Part shown: in pieces, positions 30,100 to 44,149 of the stretch
Layout: each line of letters begins with the position of its first letter
Position numbering within the stretch: the first letter of the stretch is position 1
NCBI RefSeq assembly: GCF_000150275.1
Contig: NW_002060944.1
Span: 7,454,735 to 7,518,734, forward strand
Length of the DNA stretch: 64,000 nt
Direction: 5' to 3'
DNA from: Trichoplax adhaerens
Taxonomy: Eukaryota > Animalia > Placozoa
The notes under the pieces: model-generated
The model's database searches: none
What the model was told of the DNA's origin: nothing
The model's input: the letters and a program-made list of their open reading frames with translations, nothing else
Translations under genes and position numbers: made by a program

Positions 30100-30480
30100 T
30101 TAAAAGTATACCTGGAGAGCCCTTTCAGCAAAGGATATTCATTCTTTCTGCCCGCTACTGCTATTGCTAATCCTCCATCCATAAATGCTTACTGCTATCT
30201 CGGCCATGTGTCCTAACTACACTTTATTCGTACTGTTGATCATTGACTAGTCAATGCTCCAATATCCTACCGATGCTGTACTGCTAGTTATAAAGTATAC
30301 CTGTAAAGCGTTTTCAGCAAAGGATATCAATTCTTTCTGCCCGCTACTGCTATTGCTAATCCTCCATCTGTAAATGCTTGCTGCTATCTCGGCCATGTAT
30401 CCTAAGTACACCTCATGAGTACTGCTAATCGTTTACTCGTCAAGGTTCCTGTATCTTACGATGCAGCACTACTAGTTCTA
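30100..30480. repeat. Direct duplication of ~190 bp
   Basis: aagtatacctg...ttctttctgcccgctactgctattgctaatcctccatc...ctgctatctcggccatgt at ~30103 and ~30293. Confidence 0.9.
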
Positions 30481-30964
30481 ATCGTCCACCTACAGTATCA
30501 ATCCTTTCTGCTACTGCTTAGCTAGAATGACCATGTAAACGCTTCTTCTACCCTTACTGTGAATCGGTCAATGCTCCCCTATCTGTGATACGAGTCTTCA
30601 AAATAATAAACAAGAAATACAATTTCTTGCAAACTTCACTTTATCACCTAAATTAGCTTCATCTAACTACTACCAAAGACTAACTACAGTCCAAGCTGCA
30701 ATCAGACTAACTCAATTTACGACAGCAAAATTCATCATTTCTATTACACGAACTATCACTTACAGATTAATTCTTTATTCTTACAATCAAATATCCAATT
30801 CATCTATTTTTCGTACAATCCTATCATTTTAATCTCAAGCTAATTTAGGGGGCTACACTACACTGTCCTATATTGCTCAATGTACACCTATTTTATACAA
30901 TCCTTCCTACTATTGCCATCCATTGCATCAATTTATCATTGTAAAAATTCCATTCTCGCCTGAC

Positions 30965-31402
30965 ATGGATTATACACGTAGACTGATCGTGCTTGATGTT
31001 TTTCTTAGTGCACGTATTGCTTGCGCCGATGAAGATATAAAATTACGCAATTGTATCAAAAATTCCTGGTTCGGTCGATGCTCGGAGGAAAGCGAAGAAT
31101 TTCAAACTTGCTACCAATCCTACATGGTAAGTTGTTTAATGAAAAGTGTTGATAGTAAAATTGAGATAGATGCGCTACCACAATATTGATGAATATCATG
31201 TATTGAATTGCAATGATATTCGATATCTCGACAATGTGCAGAGCAGTTATACTACTGGATACCCCTCAAGGTACCCACTGCCTGTATTTCAATTACTACA
31301 TAGCAGTGAACAATCTGTATTGCATATCTATATTTTTACTAGGAAAAGCTGAAATTAGTTTTGGAGAAGAACGAAAAGTTAAAAATCCAAGATATACAAT
31401 AA
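30965..31402 (+). CDS. Small twin-CX9C (CHCH/CMC-like) protein, probably mitochondrial intermembrane space; 5' end uncertain
   Basis: C-ADEDIKLRN-C-IKNSWFGR-C-SEESEEFQT-C (CX9C-X8-CX9C) precedes a donor at 31127 (ATG|gtaag). It splices in phase 0 to 31343-31402 (EKLKLVLEKNEKLKIQDIQ*). There is an in-frame ATG at 30965, but also a good acceptor (tttttcttag) at 31008, so upstream exons are possible. Confidence 0.7.
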
Positions 31403-32636
31403 ATGACGTACGCTCAAATCATCATCAATCCTTTTTTTAACCTCTGCGCCCAGAAATATCCAAACGCTACAAGATCATGCCAGAGATTCTGTAAGATACT
31501 CATCCATTTTAAATCACTCTGTCAATATTGTATTATTTAAATTCAAGATACACTTCAATACATAACCTATATAAACTGTAGCTAAAAAAATTGATGATTG
31601 GAACTCAAAAAGAGAATACCAAATAACTCTTTTAATTTCAACTTTATAGTCTTGTTAAGCAGTTAGTATTAACCGAATGACCGCCCCTGTAATGGTAGCA
31701 ATTTGTTACCTACGGCTACATCTGTTACTATTTAATACTCTATTGGATTACATGTAAATGATAAAGAAAGGCATCTAGATTACTAATGAATAAACTAAGC
31801 ACCCTACAAGTGTTTTCGCAAAATCAACTTTAATAATCATGATATTCTTTCAATTATCTATTTGGTAATACTTTAACGATACAGATATTGAATATAAATC
31901 ATTTTTTAATGGGTCAATGCTCTGTAATGTTACCCTTTAGTTATACTATTATGCCTAATTTATCGGCTAATTAGTTATACACTTTGTCAATTAAACTTGG
32001 ACATAATAAGACATTAAAAGACAAGTTACTGACATTGGCTATATTGCATAAATCAAAGTAGAACTACACACCAAGATAATTGTTGATATAGAACAACAAG
32101 TCGTTCACACCATACATGAATGGCAACGGCTTTAATATAAATATCTACCTACAGTTATAGTACTGTATGGTCAATCGTAGTCTAAAAAATTGATCAAATG
32201 AATGCATGGTAAAGATGAATCAAGCTAATAAGAAAATAATCATCGACAATTACTTAGTTACGAATAACTTTTTTCAGTGTAATATAATACAATTACGGGT
32301 ACTTTAATTATCAATAGTGAAGCGATAACACCCCAATATATGCTCGTAGCTTTTATATGTGCACTCTCCAGAATTGCAATCAATATCACATATCCATTTT
32401 ACACAATCTAAAAACAGATATCGTACTTAAAGCTGATCAATATCATGGTTAACTGTGATTAATTTCGATAGATGTTGAAGAAATGAAGCAGCTCTCGCAC
32501 TCGAAAGCGTTAATTTTTATGAACATGTTAGTATCACAACGGTCAATTAATGAACAATACTTTTTAATATTAGCTGGCTATGCTGAAATATGGAAATACG
32601 CCTATGTACATAATTAGGATACTCATATACAGTAAT

Positions 32637-35600
32637 TTACACGTATCCGTCATCTTGTGATACTAAACTAACATCTTCTAGGACATTTTCGTTCTCGTCG
32701 TATACATCGTCATCTTCCTCGTCCATTTCTGTATCTTCTGCAGCATTTTGTAAAAAGTCAAGTAGGAATCGTTTATCCGTTCGTTCCTAAACAAATTTCA
32801 AAATTAAATTCGTATACCTTCTATACCAGCTGATGAATGCATATAATCCTATCTGCTTAAAATACTTTAACGTCATTATCACTGCCAGATCGATGGCTTA
32901 CAAAAGCTAATGGCAAATTATATCATCTGGCATTGGCAGTATTATGTTATTATCAATATTATTACCGTTTCCAATTGCCTATTTAGAACTCGAATCATTC
33001 CTTTACGAGCTCTTGCAGTCGTTCGGAAATAGTAGATAAACAACCTAAACATGACAAAATATCCAATTTGAAAATGATATTCAATGGTAATTTCGTTCAT
33101 TAAAAAAGACGGTACTTAAAATATTTTTCAGTACTTTTAACAGCTTAATTAACATAATAAAATCATAGACTATCTAGGAGGATTTAATTTCATTTTGGGT
33201 ATATTCTTATTCCGTGTCGATAACTTACGCTAGCAACGCTATTATACCAAGTATTAGCCATGTCGAGGTCAAATAAGAAAGTATCTCTTTACTTGCAGGT
33301 GGTGCTTTAGCAACAAGCTCAGATACTATTGTATACATACGGACTTTTCCTCTATAAAAATACAAACGCTATTTAGCTAATTACTTCATAATATTACTAT
33401 CTATCATGATTACAGTATTATAAATTAAAATCGCCATATATAGCACTATTTTAAAGTAGCTGCAATCACTGATTACTCCAGCTGCAGCCCTGCAATATTG
33501 TACAAATTAATGGACTGAATCAATTCTCGATATCTACAGTATACGTGTATATCTTCTTTACATCTTGCTCAGTGCTCAATATTACTATTATACAGTACTA
33601 AACGAAGTTCTATATACAAGCATGAGTAAGTATGTACCTGAATGGCCCACATTCTATCGATGGTCGAACCCTAACGCAGTAAATTAATAACTTTAATCGC
33701 AAAGCGGTAGAAAAATATTCCCAAAATACTGCATAACTAGCTCAACTTACATGATTACGCACACCACGATAAATGACAATGAAATCATGTACGTTACAAA
33801 AAGTAGAAAACTGAATAAGACATTATTCTTGGCTGTTCGGTAAGGTCTAATTGATGGGCGGCAGTTATTGATTAAGCTTATCTATAATAGCAAATTTTAA
33901 TTCAATCAACCAGTAAAATGATAACATCAGCAAAAAAAGCTTATTACGAAGTTAAAACAGTTTGCAAAAATTTCTGATTATGTTGTGGTTATGCTATGAC
34001 AAAAGTTATCATGCTTGAAACAATAATATCGTAAATAATTATAATTGATGTTATTCTTTAAAATTTAAAAGATCCATAAATAATCCAATTAATTAATATC
34101 ATACCTTTCTGATGTAAAATAGTAAGATTAATTTAACCACAGCATACACAGCTAACATAGGAGCGTAAAATGTTCCAATCCTATAGAACGCAATAAATGT
34201 ATCATATAAATATAGAGAGCTGGTATAAATTTTTGCAAGAAATACTCACCAACACAACGCCTGAGAGTAAACTAATTCAAGAACATTATAAGCAACGTTA
34301 AACTCTGGTTTGCCAAGAATTTGGCAACATGGTAGATATTGACCTATAATTCTAATTAAAAAATTGCATGTAAAATATTAATTCTGGATAAAAACAAAGA
34401 AAATTATAATAATTCACCAAAAATTAGCTTTAAAATCGTTTATTCTACAGGTTATATTCAATTACGTTTAATCAAAATGTTGACGGTTCAAATTTAATTT
34501 AAATTTTATCCATATACGTGTATACTAGTTGGTAGGATGATAAAAGTGTTGTATTAAATTGTACTGACTAAACTAATTTATCTAAAATTCGCATATACTG
34601 TAGTATTCTACAAGCTACATTCGATTATATTCATCCAAGTGTTCAGAGTTTAAATTTTAATCTAACTTTGAAGTTTATAAGCATAAAATTAGTATAAAAC
34701 TAGTACGGTATTAAATTCTGTTAATTAGAGTAATTTGACTAAAATTTATCAGAAATTGCTTATCCAAAAGGTTATGTTCCTTCACGCTCTAATTTAATTT
34801 TAGATTATATCCATACAAGATTGCTAGTGGGATGATAATTATTGTACTAAATTACATTGATGATACATTTTGTCAGTAATGATCAATATGTAGAGTTATT
34901 TTCTACCATTCAATTAAATTGATCCTATAATATATCCTAATTCATATTTATATATATGTTCTTTTCTACCGTATAAATGAGATTGTAAAGGAACTACCGG
35001 AACATACAATTGCATAAATTAATATTTTTAATTAACCTAGTATTTACCTTCTTAAGAATTCTTTGAAGAAAGGATTTAGCATTAAAAAGACGAAATCGAT
35101 TAATATTAATCTGTAGAATTCCTGGCCTAATACAGTCTCCCAACACTACATAAAGAGAGAATCAGAAATAATTTAGTTTCACATATTGTAACGGCTTCTC
35201 TATTTAGAAGTAATATCCATCTTACCGTTCCTCTGCAACTTGCACTTTCAAATTGTTTAAAATCGCAAGTTAATCTTCGCATTAATGTTACAATCATCAC
35301 GACTAAATTCGTTCCAGTCAGTAACACCGTTCTACAAGTACATGAAAAGCTGATTAATTCACAAATCAATATAATTAAAGCATCTTTTGAGCTATGAATT
35401 GCAAGATATTTAAAAATGTCATATAATACAATATCTTCCAGTAGTTCAATTATATGTATTATAGACCTCTTAAGCGTACCTTATGACCGTTGCAACTAAT
35501 TCATGCCTTGGCTTACTATATTTTTCAAAATATGCAATAACAGTAAAGCCAAAAGGTATCACATTATTTAATAACGATATCGTGGCTGGAACTGCTAGTT

Positions 35601-38600
35601 GAACTAGCGCGGTAATTTCTTTTCCGTTAACAGATTGTAAAATTTGCTGATATGGGAGAAAAATTCAACCTTAACTTGGTATAATATCGTTAATCTATAC
35701 GGTAGTTAATAACATCATCTTCTGAAGTTCAATATAATTACATTATATCCGATATTAGCAACATAGTAAACCAAGTATCCAGATCCTGCTACTAGTAATA
35801 AAGCTACTAGATTGCTTATGATTCGAAGTCCAAACTTTTTAACTAGGTTTCGGACGGAACTCTTTGAGCCTTGACGCTTGACATCAGCTAAAACTTCCTA
35901 TCATTAATAGTCCATAAAAAGTTTAATTTTGTTTAATTTGAGATAGCGATAGTCCTATATATCAATGGCTATTACTACAGAAAAGATAACCTTTAGTATT
36001 AATATGGAATTACAGTGTAATGGCTATTCAGCTACTACGATGTGTATAATACATAATCTCCAAAATAATACACAATATATGTAAATTATTTTAAGATGAC
36101 AATACTCAAAATTTAGCTAATAATTATACTGTACTCGTAATCCATCAGTTCATTTACCTGTAACTCGGTAAAAATGCTTTTATGCTTCAGTATAGCGGTT
36201 GAAGGATCTATCACTCCATAATGCCAAGAGCTAAATAGTTTACTTGAGAAGCGTCGGAATCGGCCAGAACCTTCTTGATAAGTTTGAGTATATGCCTTAG
36301 AAAGCCTATATAAGACGCATAATAATGTCAGTAAAATTAGTTAGCGATAAAACCTGCATATTATTTGAGGAGTTTCCTTACGATAGCAAGAGGATGATGA
36401 TGCCAAGTATGAAACAGCCTCCAAATGTAAATAAATAGGCAATAGGCATATCGTAATCAGGTCCAATAGCCGAAGGAATGCTATTGTTTGTATAGTAGCC
36501 ATAATATAATTCAGTATTTGTAAACCAGCCCTGTAAAGAAATTAAGAAGAAAAATTAATGCTAATACAGAACTTTCAGAAATATAAAACATTTTACTTTA
36601 CCAGCACAGTCTCTACAGTATTTACTATTTTAAATTACAGCTAACTTGTAAGTGAATCCTAAAATGAAAGCTTCTACATATCGAGTGACAAAAGCAGCAA
36701 GAAACGATAAATAAAATAGCACGATGGTATTTATTTATAACTTACACTTCCTGTAATAAAATCGATAGCTTCAAAAACAGTGCCACTGGAGCTTTGTTGA
36801 TAAGCCAATTGGGGTATAAAGACGAATGAAAACGGTAGAACAAATAGGGGAATATTCAGGAATACTAGCCAACGTAAAAATATAAAATAGGAAACTACAC
36901 CAGTACCAAAATATCCTGTATGTTGAAGGTAGTAAATTTAATTATAATGAATTACGGTTAATCCAGAATGTAATTTTGCAATTTGTTTATAAAAATAAAA
37001 CTCGTGAGAGTCAATAAAATTGATATTACTTTTGATTTATAATTGTATATGTAGCTATAGACAATGTAGTATTGTAGTATTAATCAATTTTACCTTCAAT
37101 CTCTTTCATATGAGAATTCCATAAGCTTAATTGTAGGTCTTGAAAAAAATGTTTTAAATGGCTCCATTGCTGTAAGCAATCGCAAGAATAAGATGTTGAT
37201 AATGGAGTTATATCGGACATTTTTTTCATTAATTGTAAGAAAAATAGAGGTAATAACAATTCTACATTGTTCAGCTTTCCTCTCAACACTTGCTAGATAA
37301 TAAATCAATTCTATTAAAATGCAGGTATAAGCTTCTCGTTATATTGCATACAAGATACTATATGAAATTTGAATAATTCTGTAGTTGTATACTACCAGTA
37401 GTTCTTCCTATCGGTAGATATTACTTTAAAGGACAAGTATAATTCTGCAGTAATTGTTCTGTAGGTAGACATCAATTTAAAACTAACATACGGTTTAAAT
37501 GTAGCTTATATGTAATAATATACAAATTTTATTCCATCTACAAATATTACTACAAATATATACAGTTGGACACCAATTTTTTATTATCGTCAGATACTGG
37601 TACCATTTTAAAGCTCTGTAGGGTTGTATATATAGGCTGTGCATAGTTTTATAACAATTTCATTCTATCTGCAAGTATTGCTGCAAATATGTATAGGAAC
37701 ACACTAATTTCTACTATTGACCGGGATTATATCATAAAACGTATATTACTATAAATACAGTTCATATACAAATCTCTATTGATTTTAGCTATTTGTAGAT
37801 ATCATTTTATAAAATACACTCTTATAAATGTAATTTATGTATTCATTGGATTCATTCTATTTTATCTGCGGATATAGATGTAGTTTTATACTAATTATTA
37901 CAATCTATAGACACTCCATTTCAAAGCCTATCCTGCAACAGAAAAGCGTATGTATGCTTTTCTGTTCATTTTTATCACCACAGCTATTATTTTACAACAT
38001 ATACTCCTGTAAGTATAGCCTATAGAGAGTAGTACGGAAATTTGATCCCTTTGACAGATACCATTTTAAAATTTTACACTGGTAGAAAAGCAGCGCATAA
38101 AACGGCTCACAATTCTACGCAAATTTACTATATCTACTACGAAATCACTTTTAAAACTTTATAGGCAATAAAATCTACTTACGGTCATAAACCAGTATTT
38201 CCATCTTTTTAATATTCCTGGCTTTTCAAAGTTCTGCTTTTCTCTAAATTTAATTCTAGTACCGGTAAATTGAACATTTTAGCAACTTGATACGTGCGAT
38301 ATAAAGTATTCATGACTAAGGTCAAAATGTTGTTGCGATCGACAGACCTTTCAGCTTTTTTACTGCGCAAATTCGTCGGTAAAGATCGAATTTCTTTATT
38401 GACTTTTCGAGAATTTTTAGAATGGAGAGTAGAAGGAAATTGAGCAATAAAATCGGAAGCAGCATGATCACGAATATCTTCTGAAGGCCGTGAATGCCGA
38501 CGACTTAAAGTCTGAGCTTGGATCGATCTACGCCGCCATTGATCTAAACTATCCCGTGTAGTGGTTCCCATTTTACGACTTGGCATCATATCCACGATTC

Positions 38601-41600
38601 GATTTCGCTTCGCTTCGGATTTTTTACGCCTAAAATCATATTTTCAAGACAAGTTAGTACTGGCAATCTGTTTCCTGACTTAGTTAATTCTATTCATATT
38701 ATGTACTAGGATATATTAGCAATAGTTTACACTCAATTTGGCTCCATTCACTGTAAGATTAAAGAATTGAAAATTTATGATGGATTACTATCCATTTTGC
38801 ATACCATTTAGCCCTTCCTTCAGGCCAATCTTCATAGATGGAGCTTTGCCGATAGTCAGCTAGCTGTCCATAAATTGAATCAGGATCATGACTATTTCGT
38901 TGATTGGGGTAGCCATTCGTAGTCTCTGTTGCGTAATCAGCTACATCTTCTAATTCCAATGATTCGATGTCATTAACGCTGGCTACAGGAGTGGTTAAAT
39001 CTATATACAGTTAAAAAATAGTAACATATGAACACGGTAAGATAATGCTTGTTGAGCTACTAGTCAGCCAATAGAGCAATCCTAACACAATAAATCCAGC
39101 TGGTAGAATAAGTTTAAACAGATTTTATAAACATAAGGATGGATAAATTGGCTTTAAAAATGTCATTTGAACATGGTGAGACAATGTTTGAGCTCTTAAT
39201 CAGCGAATAGCGTAATCCTAACGTAATGGAGACAGCTGGTAAAATAAGTTTGCTAAACAGATTTTATAAGCACAGAGATGGATAAATCTGCTTTAAAAAT
39301 ATTATTTTGAAACATGGGAAGACCATGTTTGAGCTCGTTGTCAACGAATGGTATAATGCTAGCATATTAAATCCAGCTGGTCAAATAAGTTTAAACAAAC
39401 TTTATAAGGCAGAGGTTGATAAATCTGCTTTAAAAAGATGATTTGAACACAGTAGGACAATGCTTGAGCACCTACTTTGCAAATAATATAGTCCTAACAT
39501 ACTAAATCGAGCTGGTAAAATAAGTTTAAAACAGACTTCATAAGCACAAGGATGGATCTGTCTGCTTAAAAGCTATATAAATTGCTTTAATGAAAAAAGC
39601 TCCTGATATTCTACCCTTCATTTCAAGAACGTAAAATCTCTTCCTTACCAGTACATAGATTAAAGAAAATTATTACTACTATCGAACAGAAGAAATTGCT
39701 TACATATGCAGATACGAGTAGTTTTGTCTATATTGTTAGAGAGAAAAATCTATAGTCATTGCCATCAGAAATATTTACAATTTTCTGCCTTTGTAGGCGA
39801 ATTAGACGCAGTATAAAATAGAAAGCTCTCTAAAAAAAGTACGCGATCATTCTTCCTTAATAGCATACGCGTAACTATGAAGAGAATTATCAAATTAGCT
39901 GATCAAAATCAATATTCGGTGCCGGTGAAAACAATTTTGTAAATGCTATTTCTTAAAAAGCTAAAAAAAGAATTCATAGACTAGCTTTTATTGAATAATC
40001 GTAAAAAAAAATACTACTATCATGGAACTCAGTTATAAAGGAAATGACCACTATCTTACTATTGTAATCAAAACGAGGTTAGAATTGAGAAGGAAATTTT
40101 TAAAAACCCTTTAACGGTACTACCGTCAAAATAGTCTCAATAATGGCTGCAGCAATCTTACATGTAATGGTGTCTATTCAATTACTTTCTATTCTGTCTT
40201 GAAACCATAATGATTTAATCGTTGTCAAATAGTATGCTCGAAATCTCTTAAAATTTCTGCACCATTCCTAATCAAACAATCCAAGTCTGTTGAAATTTAA
40301 AAAAGAAAAGAGTAACCCAAAAACAAATAACCTGCACTGACAAAGAGGACATGAATTCCGCTTCGTTAATGTATTTGATTAACTAGTTTCCATCATGGTC
40401 ATGAATTGTTCAATAGACTGATGAAACTTTTCGTGCTGTTGTTTATTATTCTGCCAAGATATTGTAACAATTTTTAATAGTCTTTCACGGAAACTCATTA
40501 ATAGAAAGATATTACAAGCAAAATCCTAAAAATGAGCAAATGCAAACATCGTTGTAGACCACATCAATGCGTTAACTTCAAGAATCTAATGGAGAGACAT
40601 GAGATAAGTTCTATTCCTGATTTGATTCGGCTTAATTTATTCCGATAGTTAGAACTCGATATCTCACACATTCTCCTCAATCGATCTAGCTATAACGTTA
40701 TAGTTGATGGTTATGATTAAATAAGATATATGGAACCTCATAGAATAAAAAAGTATAAGGTGTCGATGAAGTTAAAATAATATTCATTAGGTATACAGCA
40801 TCAAGGTTAGAATTTATTGGACAGGCGTGAAAAAAATTTCATCCTTGATTTATTTCTTCTGCCTTAATTTATTCTGATAGTCAAGACTTGACCTATCATA
40901 CATTCTCCTGAATCGACTTACCAATAATTTTACGTTCATGGTCATAATTTGAATAAAATATAATCAACTTCGTAGACTAATAATGTATAGAATCTACATG
41001 AAGGTACTTCAAGGTAGAATACTCTTTATTTAGTTTAGGACATAATGCTAGCTTTTGATATATCGTGATAGTCCTTGCACTAATAGTCGCCGTTTGAATA
41101 TTAAGATTAGCAAGATTTTAGTTCAAAATCAAAGGACGGATTGATTTTATGAGCCTATTCCATGGTTTGGACAATTTTTTCAATTATTTTCCTACCCGAT
41201 CGATTCTAGTCCTTAGCTTTCACTATAATTTACTTTATAGTAGTACTATACCTCTATAGTTAGTAGCTGAAACTTGAAGAATGAGGAGAGCAAGACTTTA
41301 TCTTAAAACTACAGGATTGATTATTTCCGCGAGGCTATTCCATAGTTTGGATAATTCTTTCAATTATTTTTCTACCCAATCGATGCTAGTCCTCAGCTTT
41401 CGCTATAGTTTACTTTTAACTAGCAACTGCTACTTGAAGGTTAAGGAGTTTTATTGTTTCTTTCATGCCAGACCATACTTTCGACTAGCACTAACAACTG
41501 CTCCTTGAAGATGAAGGGTTTTACTGTTTCTCCTATGCTAGTCCATCGTTTGGACAGTTTTTCTTCTTTATCTACCCGATCGATTTTAATCCTCAACTTT

Positions 41601-43202
41601 CTCTTCAATTTACTTGTAGCTATAGTCGATGGACTAATAGCTACAACTCAATACGAAGATCCACCATAGCTTGGTTCTCTGTCTGTTGATTTTATTCATT
41701 TTACTACATCTACACTATTGCATCGTCTTGATAGCTTTGGAGAATCTGTTCAGAGGGTAAAATCGGAAATCTATGCTGACAGCCTTTCTGTATAAGCTAC
41801 TCCTAGTGATAATCCATCTATCGACAACTGCAAATTGAACATGAAGATTAACAAGACTTTCATTTCAAGATTATTTGTTTTAGCACTGCTACTGTTGGGC
41901 AGCCTTGACAATAACAGTTTTCAGAGAATTAATCACTCCACTGTCTATACAGGAAGTCCAATTTTAATCTCTTTCTATAGCTGGCATAATTATCCATTTT
42001 TCCACATTTTTTCCATATTCAACTACAGTCATGATCCAATTATGGGTACAGCAAACTTAATCTGAGCAAAATTGACTGTTTGAGCTAGTCATTATGACAT
42101 TACTTTGCTCTTTTTCAATATGAAAAACCATCTTCACTTCCAAATAAATTGCTTTACACGTCCACTCTACTAAATTTCCATTAAATGCTTTTTTAGTCGT
42201 TATTGCGCTCATGGTGATACAAATATCATTCATCTTGCTGCTATTAACTTTAAGAACAATTCTACCTAATATTGGTTGTAGGAATATCACTCCTCTTACT
42301 CTGATCGACTTGGAAGAACAATTCTATCCATTAGAACTAAGCAAGAAGTAGAATTTATAAAACTATTCTATCCACTCTCCACGAAATACCTTTTTCCAAT
42401 ATTATTATGGCCGCTTGGCCTTGGTAGTAGAAATATCATTCATCTTGTTCTCATTGACTTTGAAAAACAATTCTACCAAATGCAACCGATTAGGTCAATC
42501 AAATTTACACAACGGTAGCTACTCCATCGAATCTCCATGAAAAATGCCTCATTTAATAATTATCATGGCCTTTTGGCCAAGGGTAGTAGAAATATTACTC
42601 ATCTTGCCCTCATTTACTTTTTAAAATAATTGTACCTAATAGAACTTTCTAAAAAAATCGCGTTTGTATTGCTACTCTATTAAATCTCCATTAAATGCCT
42701 TTTTAAATTGTGACCATGGTCTTGGTAGTCGAAAAAATTATTCATTGTCATTAGAACTTGTAGATTGAAATCAGATTATTATTGATGTCATCTAAAACAA
42801 ATTAATTTTTGGAGTTGCTATATAGTAGTCAAAATAATTCAATTTGGTCTGATTATGACTCAGTTGGGCAATAATTCATCTAGATAAAATGGAATTAATT
42901 CTATCCGTAGGGATTTTAAACTGTGTGGATGATTGACTAACATATACTCCAGTCTATACGATAGAGAAATAATTTCCCTGATGAAGAAAAAATAGACTCA
43001 GTCTAAGCTTAAGTATAACATGAATCTATAAAACAAGTTGATAAAATGGACGGAAAAATTCTACGAAACAAGTTTCAATTCTAGTAGAAAATAAAATTAT
43101 CCCATGGCAGAGCAAGAATATCCGTCGTAGGATAGAGGTTAGAGAGAAAAATTGCTTACCTCGTTGTTTATTAGTAGGTCGATGAAATAAAGCACCAGAC
43201 AT
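32637..43202 (-). CDS. Transmembrane channel-like protein TMC-A (TMC5/6-like subfamily), 19 coding exons
   Basis: First coding exon 43160-43202 (MSGALFHRPTNKQR, phase 1) joins 38805-39000. Later exons give [86 protein letters not shown], IYYF and an acidic tail ending DDGYV* at 32637. Confidence 0.93.
39085..39570. repeat. Degenerate intronic tandem repeat, ~4 x 140 bp
   Basis: agctggt..aataagttt at ~39097, 39233, 39374 and 39510. Confidence 0.85.
41100..41640. repeat. Degenerate intronic tandem repeat, ~3 x 185 bp
   Basis: tacc(c/a)(g/a)atcgat..ta(g/a)tcct..(g/a)cttt at ~41193, 41373 and 41573. Confidence 0.75.
42130..42740. repeat. Degenerate intronic tandem repeat, ~4 copies
   Basis: Recurring gtag(a/g)aatat(c/t)a(c/t)tc(a/c)tctt and aacaattcta blocks at ~42220, 42280, 42430 and 42590. 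Confidence 0.65.
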
Positions 43203-44149
43203 AATTTCTAACTTGAGTCACGGCTTGTAGATTAAATTTGTAGGCTAGATGAATAGGATGATTAGGCCAAGACTCTGTTGAATTCTTAATTTACTACTAT
43301 AGAATAAATGGGATCTTGTAGTTAATCACCTACTACTGTTTCTATCGATGGCGCGATACTAATCTGGATTAAGGTTGAAAATGATCAATTTGTAAACTAG
43401 TCAAAATGGCAATCGTAGAAGCAAAGGATAGCAAAGAGCCAACTGAAATGGAAAGCCTATAGTGCCAATAAATATAATCGATGGATAGGATAAATGATGA
43501 TGATAATGATACAGTTATTGAAATCGACTAATTTCTCTAATACTTGTCAACTAGACACTTTATATCAATCCAATTCACTCATTCTATTAGTCTAATTACT
43601 AGACAAGTAGTATTCTTCTGCGACTAAAACCTCAACGCTTGTAAATAGGATTTTCAACAGCATTCAATCTCATAGCAGATACAAGTACAATGCTAATTAA
43701 CCTTTAAAAAATAACTCCCTTCAAACAATGTAAAGTATTGTTGGAGTTCATCCATTATTTATGAGGTAATAATAAAATCCATATAGAAAAACAACAACAT
43801 CATAGCAGAGTATAAATAGTGCCAGCATCACCAGTCCTTTCTTGTATTAATGATATTACTAGATTGAAATTTCTCTTACTCGAAGAGGTTCTAGTGAGCT
43901 AGGAGATGGAGCAATTGAAAGTAAAACTTTATTAAGAATAACCGTAAATTAATACTTGTCTATAGATGATTTTATCCTATCTTACGTTAGTAATAGCATT
44001 TAATCCAAGAATTGCAATGGAGGATACAAAATTTATAAAAATACAATCATTGAAATCAAAATTCATTGAGTACCGGTAATCTATCTCAACCGGAAGGAGT
44101 ACGCTTGTATCAAACTTTAAATAGAGAATTACATCCATGGATAGCATCA

